DNA from: Candidatus Peribacteria bacterium | GTDB taxonomy: Bacteria > Patescibacteriota > Gracilibacteria > Peribacterales > Peribacteraceae | Reading direction: 5' to 3' | Length of the DNA: 64,000 bases | Assembly: GCA_041691135.1 (NCBI GenBank) | Contig: JBEPVF010000001.1 | Location: forward strand, 64,001 to 128,000 | In this document: positions 1 to 10,705 of the stretch, one piece after another | Layout: the number at the start of each line of letters is the position of its first letter | Numbering within the stretch: position 1 is the stretch's first letter | Notes under the pieces: model-generated | Told to the model about the DNA's origin: nothing | Databases searched by the model: none | Seen by the model: the letters and a program-made list of their open reading frames with translations, nothing else | Made by a program: the position numbers and the translations under genes

Positions 1-1110
1 GCCGGTCATTCGTTCGAATTCATGGAAAAGAAGGATCGGCGCCAGTACGGCGAAGCCGAGCCATGTAAGGCTGTAGCGGTCGTTGTGGAAGATATTGTAT
101 GGCGGCAGTTCCGGCACGTTGATGGTGATCGATCCGGTGTACAGTGCGATGAAGACGAAGATGAGCGGACTGCCGAGTACGAACAGCGTCGCGTACGGTT
201 GGAGGCGACGGTGCTGTACTGCCAATAATCCCAAGAAACTCGCGCCGGAAATCACCACCAGCGGTTGACCGATGATGTAATAGGATGCGGCCATCGCATC
301 ACGAAACGTGTTGAGCAGATTGAAGCGTGCCGGGCGCAGACTGGCCGCCGGATCGCGCAACCAATCGCCGCCGGTAAAGGCCAACGGGTTATGGCCGTAG
401 ACCCAGCTGTAGAGCATCACGAGGAAGACGCCGATGACGGCCAGTACGCCGAACAGAATGAGCAGCGCTTCCATTTCGGCATACTTCTTCCGGCGGCGCA
501 CGAGCTCGATCAGGACGATGCTGCCCACGATCGGCAGCAGCAAAAATCCTTCGAAGCGCGACAGGCATGCCAGCGTGATGAACAGGCCGGTCAGGAGCAA
601 CGTATGGAGCTTGCCGGTATCCAGCCACCCCAGCAGAAAGTACGCCACGGCAAACAGGTTGGTCATGAACAGGATCTCCATCATCGGAGTGACCGAGTAG
701 TAGAGAATGTACGGATTGAGAACAAAGAGCACGCCGGCCACAAGTCCCATCGTCTCGCTTTTGGTCAGCCGCAGCGTGATTCTATAGAGGAGGAAAACGC
801 ATATCATCAGGCAGGGCACCAGCACGAATGCGCCGGCCAGGCCCGTGCTGTACAGCAGCGGAACGGCGACGAACGGGATCATCAGAATATGCAGAAGCGG
901 CGGCCAGAATCCGAGCTGGCTGACACCGGGTGTCAGGCTGTCAAAGGTGAGTCGCGAGAAATTCAAATGTGAACTCTGATCGGTGAGAGCTTTGGTGAGA
1001 CCGCTCTGGTACACGTACCAGGCCATCACGATGCCCATGAGGAAAACGAAGACAAGCAGCGGGAACTCGACAGTCGAGAACCGCTTAAGACGCAACGGGG
1101 ATAGTCGCAT
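1..1110 (-). CDS. Polytopic membrane glycosyltransferase (GT-C/ArnT/GT39-like), truncated by the window edge
   Basis: Not in the ORF track. Read manually from ATG at 1110: MRLSPLRLKRFSTVEFPLLVFVFLMG...DQSSHLNFSR...QLGFWPPLLHILM. Many TM segments; start overlaps the GT2 gene end. Confidence 0.75.
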   Translation of the reverse strand, partial: MRLSPLRLKRFSTVEFPLLVFVFLMGIVMAWYVYQSGLTKALTDQSSHLNFSRLTFDSLTPGVSQLGFWPPLLHILMIPFVAVPLLYSTGLAGAFVLVPCLMICVFLLYRITLRLTKSETMGLVAGVLFVLNPYILYYSVTPMMEILFMTNLFAVAYFLLGWLDTGKLHTLLLTGLFITLACLSRFEGFLLLPIVGSIVLIELVRRRKKYAEMEALLILFGVLAVIGVFLVMLYSWVYGHNPLAFTGGDWLRDPAASLRPARFNLLNTFRDAMAASYYIIGQPLVVISGASFLGLLAVQHRRLQPYATLFVLGSPLIFVFIALYTGSITINVPELPPYNIFHNDRYSLTWLGFAVLAPILLFHEFERMTG

Positions 1111-3397
1111 AAACGGGAGTGAGTAAGTGTTTGCCATGCTTGGTCTTTTCCCACTGATGTGGTTTGAAAATCAAATGCACACAGCCTCGCAGTGAGGCAT
1201 AGGCGAGCATGAGCCAGTAGAAAAATGAGAGCAGACTGTATTTCACCAGACTGTAGCGCTCACGCTTGTATGACCCGAGAAGATTTAGGAACATGAACGT
1301 GAAGTTTCCAAAGGCGAACGAGAAGATGGAGATGTACAAAACGGGGCCTGGAAAAAGTTGCTGGATCGCAGTCGATTGTGTCACGAACCACGCGCCGAGC
1401 AGCACCCAGAAGAACAGGTTGATGATATTCATGACTACGCTGCCCGGGACGAGTACCAGAAAAGCCAGTAACTTCGACCAGCCGCCCAGTTCGTTCTTCA
1501 ATCGCAACGGATGTCGCAAATGTACGATGCTCGTTTGCACGAATCCTTCCATCCATCGCGACCGCTGCGCGACCCATGCGCCGATGCTGCACGTCGCTTC
1601 TTCCTGGCTGCGCGAATCCATCATCTCGGTTTTGTAACCTTTGCGGAACAGACGAATGCCCATGTCGCAATCTTCGGTAAGATTGTACGGATCCCATGCG
1701 CCGATATCTTCCAGGACATCGCGTCGGAAATGCGTACTATGGCCGGACAGCGGAACCACGTATCCGAGTTTTTGAATGCCCGGCAGAAACAAGTCGTAGT
1801 GGAACGAGAATTCGGCGTTGAAAAGTTTGGTAATCCAATTCTGCTCGGCATTGTAATGGTCGAGTTGTGTTTGGAAGCAGGCGATATCGGGATGCTTTTT
1901 GAAGGCCAAGTATGCTTTTTTCAGCTGATCGGGATCGGGAATAATCTCGGCATCGTAGATGACGAGGAACTCGCCGCTCGTCTGTAAGAAAGCCACGTTA
2001 AGTGCTTTGGGCTTCGTCTTCGGCTTTACGTCCGGCAGGATCAGCGTGCGGAAATGCGCCGGCATACCGGCCTGAGCGATCGCATCGATCGTCTCGTGGT
2101 CGTACTCTTCCAGGGTGATGATGATATCGAGCTTGTCGACCGGGTAATCGATACGGGACATGGCCGTGACAATCTGAGGAATCACTTCCGCCTCCTTATA
2201 AAGGGGGATCAAAATGGTGTAGATCGGCAATTCTTCGTCGGTGATCGCCGCTATGTCATCCGGTTTAAAACTGACCGGTTTGCGCTGCATGCCGGCGCGT
2301 ACGATTCGGAGCTTGAACACGATGAGTCCCAAGTAAACCAATGCGAGCATGCCCGACAGAATGAGCAGCGGCGAGTAGCCGGTAACCGCACTCAGTAAAC
2401 CAATACCCGCGCCAATCACGAGCAACGAAACAACGAGCAGGACGACGGTTTCGCGGAAAAAATGTTTTCGCGTGCTCACAATGTCCGGCAAGAACAAGAA
2501 GTCATCGGTGTTGGTGAATCCGCGCGTGTGATATTCCGAGATGTGTGGATAGAACAAGAAAGGAAGAATGTCTTTCGGCAGATAACTCAGGCGGAGTGTG
2601 ACGGATCCGACGATGAGTTCGAAAGCGGTGAGAATGGTATTCACGTGGCTTTGTCCGTATTTTCGATCTTCAAACACGATATCCGTCTGACCGATACGGT
2701 AACCAAGCCGCTTGGCATGATACAAAAATTGGTAGTCGAATCCCCAGGCTGACGGGTGCATTTTTACATGGTGCAAAATATCGGCGCGGAATACTTTCAA
2801 ACCCGATTGCACATCCGTTTTCAGTCCCAGGACAAAATGTCCGAAGATGCGTTGATAGGTGCGACTGAGAAAAGTGCGCAGCCCGGAAGTGCGTCGAATG
2901 CGGCGATTGCCGACCACGATGTCGTACTCCTGCATCAGTTCCACCATGTCGGGGATTTTCTCGGGCGGGTACTGCAGATCGGCATCGATCATTGCTATCA
3001 CTTCGCCTTTGGCCTGTTGAAATCCTTCTATCAATGAGTACGCTTTGCCGCGCTCTCCTTTTTTGGTCAGCACACGGATTGGCGATGATGCCGAGAATGA
3101 TCGGATCATTTCGGCTGAACGGTCGTTGGAACGGTCGTCGACGAAGATGAGTTCATAGCCGTATTCAGCACCTTGCATGCTCTTCATGATTCTCTGAATC
3201 AACGGACGCAGATTGGGACGTTCGTTATAAACGGGAACGATGATGCTCAGAAACACGGCATCCTTCTGTTTGCGTTTCGCATGCTGCTGCCCAATTCCAC
3301 GTTCGTATCGTTTTTTGACCGACTCGCGAAACGAGGCGACGGGTGTGCTGGTTACAGCAGGCGACTCTACAAGAGTCCGGAGCGGATTCATGATCAA
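1085..3397 (-). CDS. Double GT2 glycosyltransferase: DPM1-like domain fused to a processive cellulose-synthase-like domain
   Basis: SIIVPVYNE, DDRSND, DADLQ in the N-domain; ILIPLYKE, YDAE, TEDCD, QRSRW (QxxRW) in the C-domain; C-terminal TMs and WEKTKH. Confidence 0.9.
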   Translation of the reverse strand: MIMNPLRTLVESPAVTSTPVASFRESVKKRYERGIGQQHAKRKQKDAVFLSIIVPVYNERPNLRPLIQRIMKSMQGAEYGYELIFVDDRSNDRSAEMIRSFSASSPIRVLTKKGERGKAYSLIEGFQQAKGEVIAMIDADLQYPPEKIPDMVELMQEYDIVVGNRRIRRTSGLRTFLSRTYQRIFGHFVLGLKTDVQSGLKVFRADILHHVKMHPSAWGFDYQFLYHAKRLGYRIGQTDIVFEDRKYGQSHVNTILTAFELIVGSVTLRLSYLPKDILPFLFYPHISEYHTRGFTNTDDFLFLPDIVSTRKHFFRETVVLLVVSLLVIGAGIGLLSAVTGYSPLLILSGMLALVYLGLIVFKLRIVRAGMQRKPVSFKPDDIAAITDEELPIYTILIPLYKEAEVIPQIVTAMSRIDYPVDKLDIIITLEEYDHETIDAIAQAGMPAHFRTLILPDVKPKTKPKALNVAFLQTSGEFLVIYDAEIIPDPDQLKKAYLAFKKHPDIACFQTQLDHYNAEQNWITKLFNAEFSFHYDLFLPGIQKLGYVVPLSGHSTHFRRDVLEDIGAWDPYNLTEDCDMGIRLFRKGYKTEMMDSRSQEEATCSIGAWVAQRSRWMEGFVQTSIVHLRHPLRLKNELGGWSKLLAFLVLVPGSVVMNIINLFFWVLLGAWFVTQSTAIQQLFPGPVLYISIFSFAFGNFTFMFLNLLGSYKRERYSLVKYSLLSFFYWLMLAYASLRGCVHLIFKPHQWEKTKHGKHLLTPVYATIPVAS

Positions 3398-3431
3398 GCG
3401 GGTGAAGAGTGTGCCAAAGGTTCACAGTTGT

Positions 3432-3456
3432 GACGCGGTACGTTGACAGCTCTTAC
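3432..3456 (-). promoter_or_regulatory. Putative ECF-type promoter GTAAG-N16-CGTC upstream of the GT2 operon
   Basis: Minus strand TGGTAAG agctgtcaacgtaccg CGTCACAA; the same motif occurs at three other gene starts. Confidence 0.55.
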
Positions 3457-3629
3457 CAGAAACGAGTCGGCGTTGATTTTTTTCAATTTCGTCGAAACGC
3501 ATGTGAAATAAAAACGACAATTTTGTTGTCGTAACGGTGCAGAAAGACAAGAATGACCGGTTGATGTTACTCATCATGACAGACATCGTGTGCATCATTG
3601 TTGCATCTTTGACGTTGCAGAAAATTTAA

Positions 3630-4328
3630 TTACATGGTGTCGATAGCCTGAGCGTAGACGACAAGTCGTTTGTCGTAATGTCCAAGCGAACGGTCCCAAT
3701 TGCCGGCACACGTGATGATGTTCAGCAGATGATCGTCGCTCTCGCCGAAGATAGTCTGCATCGGCGCCGTACGTACGTCGTACACTTGCATATCCCGCAC
3801 GCGGAAATCGCGCTTAGCGCCATTTTCATCAGTCACACTGATGATGTCATCGATTTTCACATTATGGAGATTCCAGAAAATGCCGGATCCCTTGGATGAA
3901 TCAAGATGTCCGTCCAAAATTGCTTTTCCTTTCTCTCCCGGTTTCGGACCCAGCGTGTACCAACCGACTTTCGTCGGATCCGGCACATCCAACTTGCCAT
4001 CGGGCAGCAGACCGACGTCTGTGACGGTCGCAGTCAGCTTGATGCTGGGAATAGAGAGAACACGCGGTTCGCCCGCTTTTTGTACCGGTTGTGCGACTGC
4101 CACTGTGGTAGTGGCTATCGCTGTTTGAGCAGGTGGATGACGTTGAACAACGGTCTTTCGTCTGATTCTTCCGGCCTCCGGCAGTTGCGTGGGTTCGGCT
4201 TCTGCCGCTTCCGAACGATGAGCGATGGCATGTAGCGCCCACGTCAGCTGTAATCCGCTGACGACAAGGAAGAGGATCGTGGACGCGAGGAAAGCGCGCG
4301 CAAAAGGGTGGGAGCGGGACATACTCAA
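3630..4328 (-). CDS. Class F sortase
   Basis: N-terminal TM; GWY..GPKPGE.G.A..DGH and LNIITCAG...YDKR catalytic motifs. Confidence 0.9.
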   Translation of the reverse strand: MSMSRSHPFARAFLASTILFLVVSGLQLTWALHAIAHRSEAAEAEPTQLPEAGRIRRKTVVQRHPPAQTAIATTTVAVAQPVQKAGEPRVLSIPSIKLTATVTDVGLLPDGKLDVPDPTKVGWYTLGPKPGEKGKAILDGHLDSSKGSGIFWNLHNVKIDDIISVTDENGAKRDFRVRDMQVYDVRTAPMQTIFGESDDHLLNIITCAGNWDRSLGHYDKRLVVYAQAIDTM

Positions 4329-4505
4329 GTGTTATAACTGGCTTGTGCAAGCCTACCAAGAAAAATCAGGAGTTTTTTGGTAAGAAAAAGGTGAGTTGCC
4401 GTCTCATTACCCAATTTTTGCGCTACAAGGAGCGCTGCACTTCGAACGTGGCTCTTTGGCCAGAGGGCGGGCATAATTCATGTACGTGCTCATTGTTTTA
4501 CATAT

Positions 4506-4593
4506 GCCGCTGTGGTGGAAAGGTAGACACGGGGGACTTAAAATCCCCTGCTCGTTACAGAGCGTCTCGGTTCAAGTCCGAGCGGCGGCACCA
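4506..4593 (+). tRNA. tRNA-Leu(TAA)
   Basis: GCCGCTG/CGGCGGC acceptor stem, anticodon arm GGGGA-CTTAAAA-TCCCC, long variable arm, GTTCAA T-loop, encoded CCA. Confidence 0.95.
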
Positions 4594-4614
4594 CGTAAAA
4601 GATGAAGAGAGCCT

Positions 4615-5187
4615 CTATGTGGCCACCTGGTCGCTCTCATGTGGCGCAGTTAACACTCTTATAATCTCCCCACACGTTTCCTCTGGAGTTTTTCCTTCGG
4701 TATAGATGATGAATTTTGCGATGTCCCAAAATGTTTTGTCTTTGAAATAGAGCACGTTGAAATCCTCCTCGTCATCAGCAAGCTCATTACGTTTACGCAA
4801 AATATCGAGCGATTCTTTTACGTTGCCCGTAGGCAGTAAAAGAAAAATATTGGCATAAGGCGTCAAAGCCTCAAGTATTCGTTTTTGCTTCTTTTGGTCT
4901 GGAACTATCGGATGGCCACCACCCAAATCAAAAATGCCATTTTGATGCGCAGCCAAAAAACGTATGACAGTCTCATCAAAAAAGCTACGTGCATACTCAT
5001 AGGCAGCAAAGGGTCCTTGCTTTTGCTTGAGTAGGTCATAGTGATTGATGTCGTATCCCAGTGGAGCTGTGTACTTTTGCTCTTCTTCATCAAGAGAATA
5101 GAAGGGCACCGAAAATTTTTGAGCGAGCAATTGCCCGACGGTTGTTTTTCCAGCTCCGATAGGCCCTATAAGTATGACTGGCTGCAT
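4615..5187 (-). CDS. Shikimate-kinase-like P-loop kinase
   Basis: GPIGAGKTT Walker A, DLGGG motif. Confidence 0.75.
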   Translation of the reverse strand: MQPVILIGPIGAGKTTVGQLLAQKFSVPFYSLDEEEQKYTAPLGYDINHYDLLKQKQGPFAAYEYARSFFDETVIRFLAAHQNGIFDLGGGHPIVPDQKKQKRILEALTPYANIFLLLPTGNVKESLDILRKRNELADDEEDFNVLYFKDKTFWDIAKFIIYTEGKTPEETCGEIIRVLTAPHESDQVAT

Positions 5188-5206
5188 GTTTGTGACTATA
5201 TCATCC

Positions 5207-6352
5207 TCAAATCGGTAACGCCTCCAATTGCGGCGACTTCGGCAATTCCTGTCCCTTCTCGCCCACTTTCAGCGGCTGAGCCGTGATGGGATCGACTTCC
5301 TGTGCCACGATAATGAGGCGACGCAGAGTGGTGCCGACCGGCGTGCAGGTCATCAGCGTGGAAATGCGACGATCGCTTGGTTGGTCGAGAACCGAAATGT
5401 CCGACGGCTTCACCTCCTTCTTCGTTTCGATGATGTACCGATGCTTGTCGCCGTTGAAGTACACCACATACTCATCACCGACGTTCAATTCGCTCAGGCG
5501 CGCGAAGACGGTTTTAAATTGTCCTGAGTCCCACGGGTAGTACGAACTGTGTCCGGTGATGAAAAAGTTGCCGGCCTGACCCGGACGAGCCGTACCGGGA
5601 TAGTGAACGACGCCGCGTTGCAGCGCGCTCTGAATATCTTTCTCCACTTGTGACCAGTCTTCTTTGAGTAGTGCCGCATACGAGGGCTCGACGAGCGGCA
5701 CGTTCAATCCGAGCTTGGGAATGATCATGCGATTATCGGGCGGGCCGGCCGGCGGCAAAAAACTCAGCAGGTTTCCCACCGAACGCGCGTCGCTGTTCGG
5801 CGAATTTAAAAAGTCGGATGTCAATATTTGCTGGGTCACATCCACGGTCGGTCCGTGGAGGAAGGGTCGCACGTACGACTGACCGATTTCCCAGTAGCTC
5901 TGAAAGTTGAGGGTCAGGAACAGGATGCCAAAGATGACGGTGAATGTGCCGCCGAAGCGAAAGATATCCAGGAAGAACAAGGTCATCCGGCTGTATTGCT
6001 TCACGCGTTTTTTGCCGGATCGAATCACCACTGGCCGCGTGAGAAAACGCCACAGGCGCGTGAACATGCCTTCTGATTCTTCCTCAATATCATCCAGCAT
6101 CGATCGCGCGGACGAGATGCTCACCGAATACTGCTGAATTCCTTCGTGTACGGCGCGACGTGTGAGCACCGACAGTTCGGCGAGTTGTTCGTGAATGCGT
6201 ACGCTGTGGGACGACTGATCTTCGCGGACTGGAATGCGCTGCTCAGGGTGTACGGTTTCCTGCACATCGCTGGTCAGCATATGCGGTTCGATCGGCAGGA
6301 CGATATTGCCGTCCTGGTCGTACGTGGCCCGATGTGGAAAGGGAGTATCCAA
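5207..6352 (-). CDS. Sortase (peptidase C60) with long N-terminal extension
   Basis: HYPGTARPGQAGNFFITGHSS and TLMTCTPVGTTLRR. Confidence 0.9.
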   Translation of the reverse strand: MDTPFPHRATYDQDGNIVLPIEPHMLTSDVQETVHPEQRIPVREDQSSHSVRIHEQLAELSVLTRRAVHEGIQQYSVSISSARSMLDDIEEESEGMFTRLWRFLTRPVVIRSGKKRVKQYSRMTLFFLDIFRFGGTFTVIFGILFLTLNFQSYWEIGQSYVRPFLHGPTVDVTQQILTSDFLNSPNSDARSVGNLLSFLPPAGPPDNRMIIPKLGLNVPLVEPSYAALLKEDWSQVEKDIQSALQRGVVHYPGTARPGQAGNFFITGHSSYYPWDSGQFKTVFARLSELNVGDEYVVYFNGDKHRYIIETKKEVKPSDISVLDQPSDRRISTLMTCTPVGTTLRRLIIVAQEVDPITAQPLKVGEKGQELPKSPQLEALPI

Positions 6353-6454
6353 AATCCTTATATTATAGCAGAAAAGTCGTTATTTGACGAACGATGATTT
6401 AGTGAGTTATGCGTGATTTCTTTCACTCTATTGACGATCTGCACAGTCTCTGCC

Positions 6455-7549
6455 TCACGCAGTCATGACTCCCCCGCCCACGATTTCTTCGCCGCGGTAC
6501 AAGACGAGTGACTGTCCATAGGCTTGCGGATGTTCCGGACCACCAAATGTGAACGTGCCTTCCGTGCCTTCGTACTTCAGTGTGCCGTGTTTTCGTTGTG
6601 ATAACGAGCGCGTGCGATACTCAAACGATGTCTGTATCGACGGCTCGGGATTCCACGATACCCAATGCAAATCCGTGAGCGAAACAGATGAGAGAGTTTC
6701 ACTTTCTTTCTCGGCGACAATCAGCCGGTTGTGTTGCGTATCTTTGCTTACCACTTCGAGCGGCACTTTCAATCCGCCAATCCCCAATCCGCGACGCTGT
6801 CCGACTGTATACAGCGGCAATCCGTCATGATGCCCCACCACTGTGCCGTCACGCCGGACAATTTCGCCCGCTTGCAGATCGGTTCCCAGATGACGCTTCA
6901 GAAATTCCTGCGGCGACTTTTCGGGGAAGAAACACAGGTCCTGACTCTCGCGATAATAGTCATCGAACGGAACGCCGTAGTGTTTGGCCAGTGCGAACAC
7001 TTCTTCTTTTCGCATTGTTCCGAGTGGGAACAAAACTTTGGCCAACGCCCCCTGTGTCAGACCATACAGATAGTAACTCTGATCTTTTTCCGCATCGATG
7101 GCTTCCAAGAGCAGATGACGCTCGGTCCCGTCATTCAATCGTTCGCGTGCGACGCGTGTGTAATGACCGGTGGCCAGTTTTTCGCAGCCGAATTCCTGCG
7201 CCAACTGCAGAAGTTTCCCAAACTTGATCGTTCGGTTGCATCCGATGCACGGATTCGGTGTGAGGCCTTTTCGGTGTCCATCCAAGTACGGATCAACCAC
7301 GTTTTGCTTGAACTCCTGTTCCAGATCGATGACATGAAACGGAATACTCAGCGAATCGGCAACGTACTTCGTACGCGCGGCTGTCTGTGCATTGCAGCAC
7401 TTGCTCGGCAGAATTTGCGCCATCGCCGGAGCGAGAGGATCGCTCCATAGAGTGAAACGCACGCCGATCAGTTCATGTCCTTGCTCATGCAACAAATGCG
7501 CGACGACACTGGAATCGATACCGCCGGAGAGGGCGACAAGAATCTTCAT
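6455..7549 (-). CDS. mnmA: tRNA 2-thiouridine synthase MnmA
   Basis: SGGIDS, TPNPCIGCN, ATGHY, KDQSY, ESQDLCF, YTVGQRRGL. Confidence 0.97.
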   Translation of the reverse strand: MKILVALSGGIDSSVVAHLLHEQGHELIGVRFTLWSDPLAPAMAQILPSKCCNAQTAARTKYVADSLSIPFHVIDLEQEFKQNVVDPYLDGHRKGLTPNPCIGCNRTIKFGKLLQLAQEFGCEKLATGHYTRVARERLNDGTERHLLLEAIDAEKDQSYYLYGLTQGALAKVLFPLGTMRKEEVFALAKHYGVPFDDYYRESQDLCFFPEKSPQEFLKRHLGTDLQAGEIVRRDGTVVGHHDGLPLYTVGQRRGLGIGGLKVPLEVVSKDTQHNRLIVAEKESETLSSVSLTDLHWVSWNPEPSIQTSFEYRTRSLSQRKHGTLKYEGTEGTFTFGGPEHPQAYGQSLVLYRGEEIVGGGVMTA

Positions 7550-7730
7550 GGCGGGAGTATACAGAAAGTTAGACTATGGTGAGGTGAATTTAGCCATCAA
7601 AAATCAGTGACAGCGGCCACAAAGATAAAAACCGATAACTGACCACTTGTCCCTGATCACTCTCAAACAGACATTTTTCCTAAAACAAGCAACTACCCTC
7701 TTGGATTAATTTCAGTACAATCCAAAATAC

Positions 7731-8975
7731 ATGATGACGATCGAACAGGCACTGGCATATTGGGTGGATAAGAAGAAAATCACACCCAAAAAAGCGTTGG
7801 AGTTAGTGGATTGTCTGCCGGCAAAACTTCGTGAACACGATCAGAAAGAAGAAATGTCCCATCGGGCAATCGGTATCTTTTCGTCTGTCGGTGCGATTTT
7901 ACTGGGACTCGGCGTTATTTTGTTTGTCAGTAGCAATTGGTCGGCAATGACGGCGATGGCGAAGGTGTCGATTCTTCTGGCAGGCATGATCGCAACTGCC
8001 GGAGCCGGTTACTACCTGGCGTATGAAAAACATACATACGAAAAGACAGGATTGGCGCTGCTCTTCGTGAACATCCTCATCTTCGGTGCAAGTATTTTTC
8101 TGGTAGCACAGATTTATCAGCTGCCGCTCAATTTCTGGCTCGGCGCATTGCTTTGGTTCATCGTCACGCTCGGCTTTGCCGCTATTTTGCAATCACGATT
8201 ACATCTATGGACATCGGTACCGCTTCTCCTTCTGTTCTTGGGATGGCTGCGCGTGTCGCTGTACGGCGGCAGCGGCCAACTGGACTTCCTGTTTGATGAT
8301 CGTCACAGCCTCCTCAATATGTTGCCCATTATCGGTGTCGGTCTGGTCAGTGGCGGAATTTTGTTACGCCGTTCGTCTTTTCTTTCATTCGGCACCAAAA
8401 CGCTCTTTCACTGGGGTATTTTTCTGCTTGTCTTCATCGTTGTCTTGGGAACCGTTGATAAAGAAGTATTCTTTCCGGTTCTGCAGGCGACCTTCGATAC
8501 GGTGAACGTCGTCACGGCGATTGTTGCTTTCGCTTTACTTGGCATAGCCTTTTTCCGCGCACCGTTCGAAACTCCTCAGGGAAGATGGGGACTTTTAGCG
8601 CTCGGTCTGTATACGGTGTTCCTGTATGTACTGGCCTGGTTACCTTCTATATGGGTCGGCCCTATGGGAAGCGGTTTTGCCTTCTATCAATACTCTGATG
8701 TGCCGGCATTCCAGATGCTCTTTATATTGCACGTGGTTCTCGCTTTCATTTTCCTGTTCGTACTCGTGTGGTACGGCACTCTGCTCCGTATGTCGGTTCT
8801 GATCAATATCGGCATGATCGGCATTGGCTTCATCATCTTCATTCAGTACTTCTCGTGGGCATTCCAAATGCTCGATCGCTCGTTGGCATTCATTCTTGGC
8901 GGCTTTCTGATCCTGGGACTCAGTGCGATTCTGGAGCGTCAGCGCCGTAAAATTCTCACCTCCATTGGCAAATGA
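7731..8975 (+). CDS. DUF2157-like membrane protein
   Basis: GAILLGLGVILFVSSNW and GASIFLVAQIY; paired with a GDYXXLXY gene. Confidence 0.8.
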   Translation: MMTIEQALAYWVDKKKITPKKALELVDCLPAKLREHDQKEEMSHRAIGIFSSVGAILLGLGVILFVSSNWSAMTAMAKVSILLAGMIATAGAGYYLAYEKHTYEKTGLALLFVNILIFGASIFLVAQIYQLPLNFWLGALLWFIVTLGFAAILQSRLHLWTSVPLLLLFLGWLRVSLYGGSGQLDFLFDDRHSLLNMLPIIGVGLVSGGILLRRSSFLSFGTKTLFHWGIFLLVFIVVLGTVDKEVFFPVLQATFDTVNVVTAIVAFALLGIAFFRAPFETPQGRWGLLALGLYTVFLYVLAWLPSIWVGPMGSGFAFYQYSDVPAFQMLFILHVVLAFIFLFVLVWYGTLLRMSVLINIGMIGIGFIIFIQYFSWAFQMLDRSLAFILGGFLILGLSAILERQRRKILTSIGK

Positions 8976-9535
8976 CACGTCGCATCGCCTTCCTCATCGG
9001 CCTGCTCATCGAAGTCATTGCGATCTTCACCTTGTTCATTCCGTCGGAAATATTGCTGGCGAACGGCACACTCATTACATTGAAAACGGTACCCGTCGAT
9101 CCGCGCGATATTTTCCGTGGCGATTACGTGGCATTGGATTACGAGGTTGGCCAAGGGCTTACGGACATCACCGATACCAAGCCGGTCTATGTGGTTCTGG
9201 AAAAAAAGGACGATACATACGAGCGCGTAAGTTACAGCAGCAATAAGCCAATCTTGCAGCCGGGTCAGGTGTGTCTTATCGGCCGGCCTCAATACCAGCG
9301 AGTCGAATTTCCGGATATTTCGCAGTACTTCGTTTCGGAAGGAACGGGGCACGAGCTGGAGCAGGCGCGCAATGGCCATCGTTTGCTCATTGATGCGCGT
9401 GTGAACAGTAATTGTCGGGCAGTCATTCAGGGACTGCGCATTGGTCCTGAAGTGCCATTACCTGCCATTCAGCCGTTCGAAAACATGCCGGTTCCGCCGC
9501 CGATAGAGCAACCGAAGCCGGTTCCTGTGAAGTAA
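8972..9535 (+). CDS. GDYXXLXY domain protein
   Basis: PVDPRDIFRGDYVALDY. Confidence 0.9.
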   Translation: MTRRIAFLIGLLIEVIAIFTLFIPSEILLANGTLITLKTVPVDPRDIFRGDYVALDYEVGQGLTDITDTKPVYVVLEKKDDTYERVSYSSNKPILQPGQVCLIGRPQYQRVEFPDISQYFVSEGTGHELEQARNGHRLLIDARVNSNCRAVIQGLRIGPEVPLPAIQPFENMPVPPPIEQPKPVPVK

Positions 9536-9635
9536 AGAAGTCGGGGCATGAATATCGATATTCGAAAAGTATGGTGATTTTTCGAATTTCTGGCTTCGAA
9601 TTTAGAATTTGGCCCTTCCCTGCTATTCTCTTCCC

Positions 9636-10703
<1,068 letters not shown>

Positions 10704-10705
10704 TC

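Noticed and set aside
265-972. Long plus-strand ORF, and similar antisense ORFs such as 21590-22477, 28931-30085 and 35376-36140
   Set aside because: These are shadow frames opposite clear genes and carry no recognisable motifs.
4380-4403. Fifth GTAAG...CGTC site upstream of tRNA-Leu(TAA)
   Set aside because: The spacer is 15 rather than 16 nt and the site is about 100 nt from the gene, so it was not counted. A GTAAC-N17-CGTT at 19201-19226 was likewise excluded.
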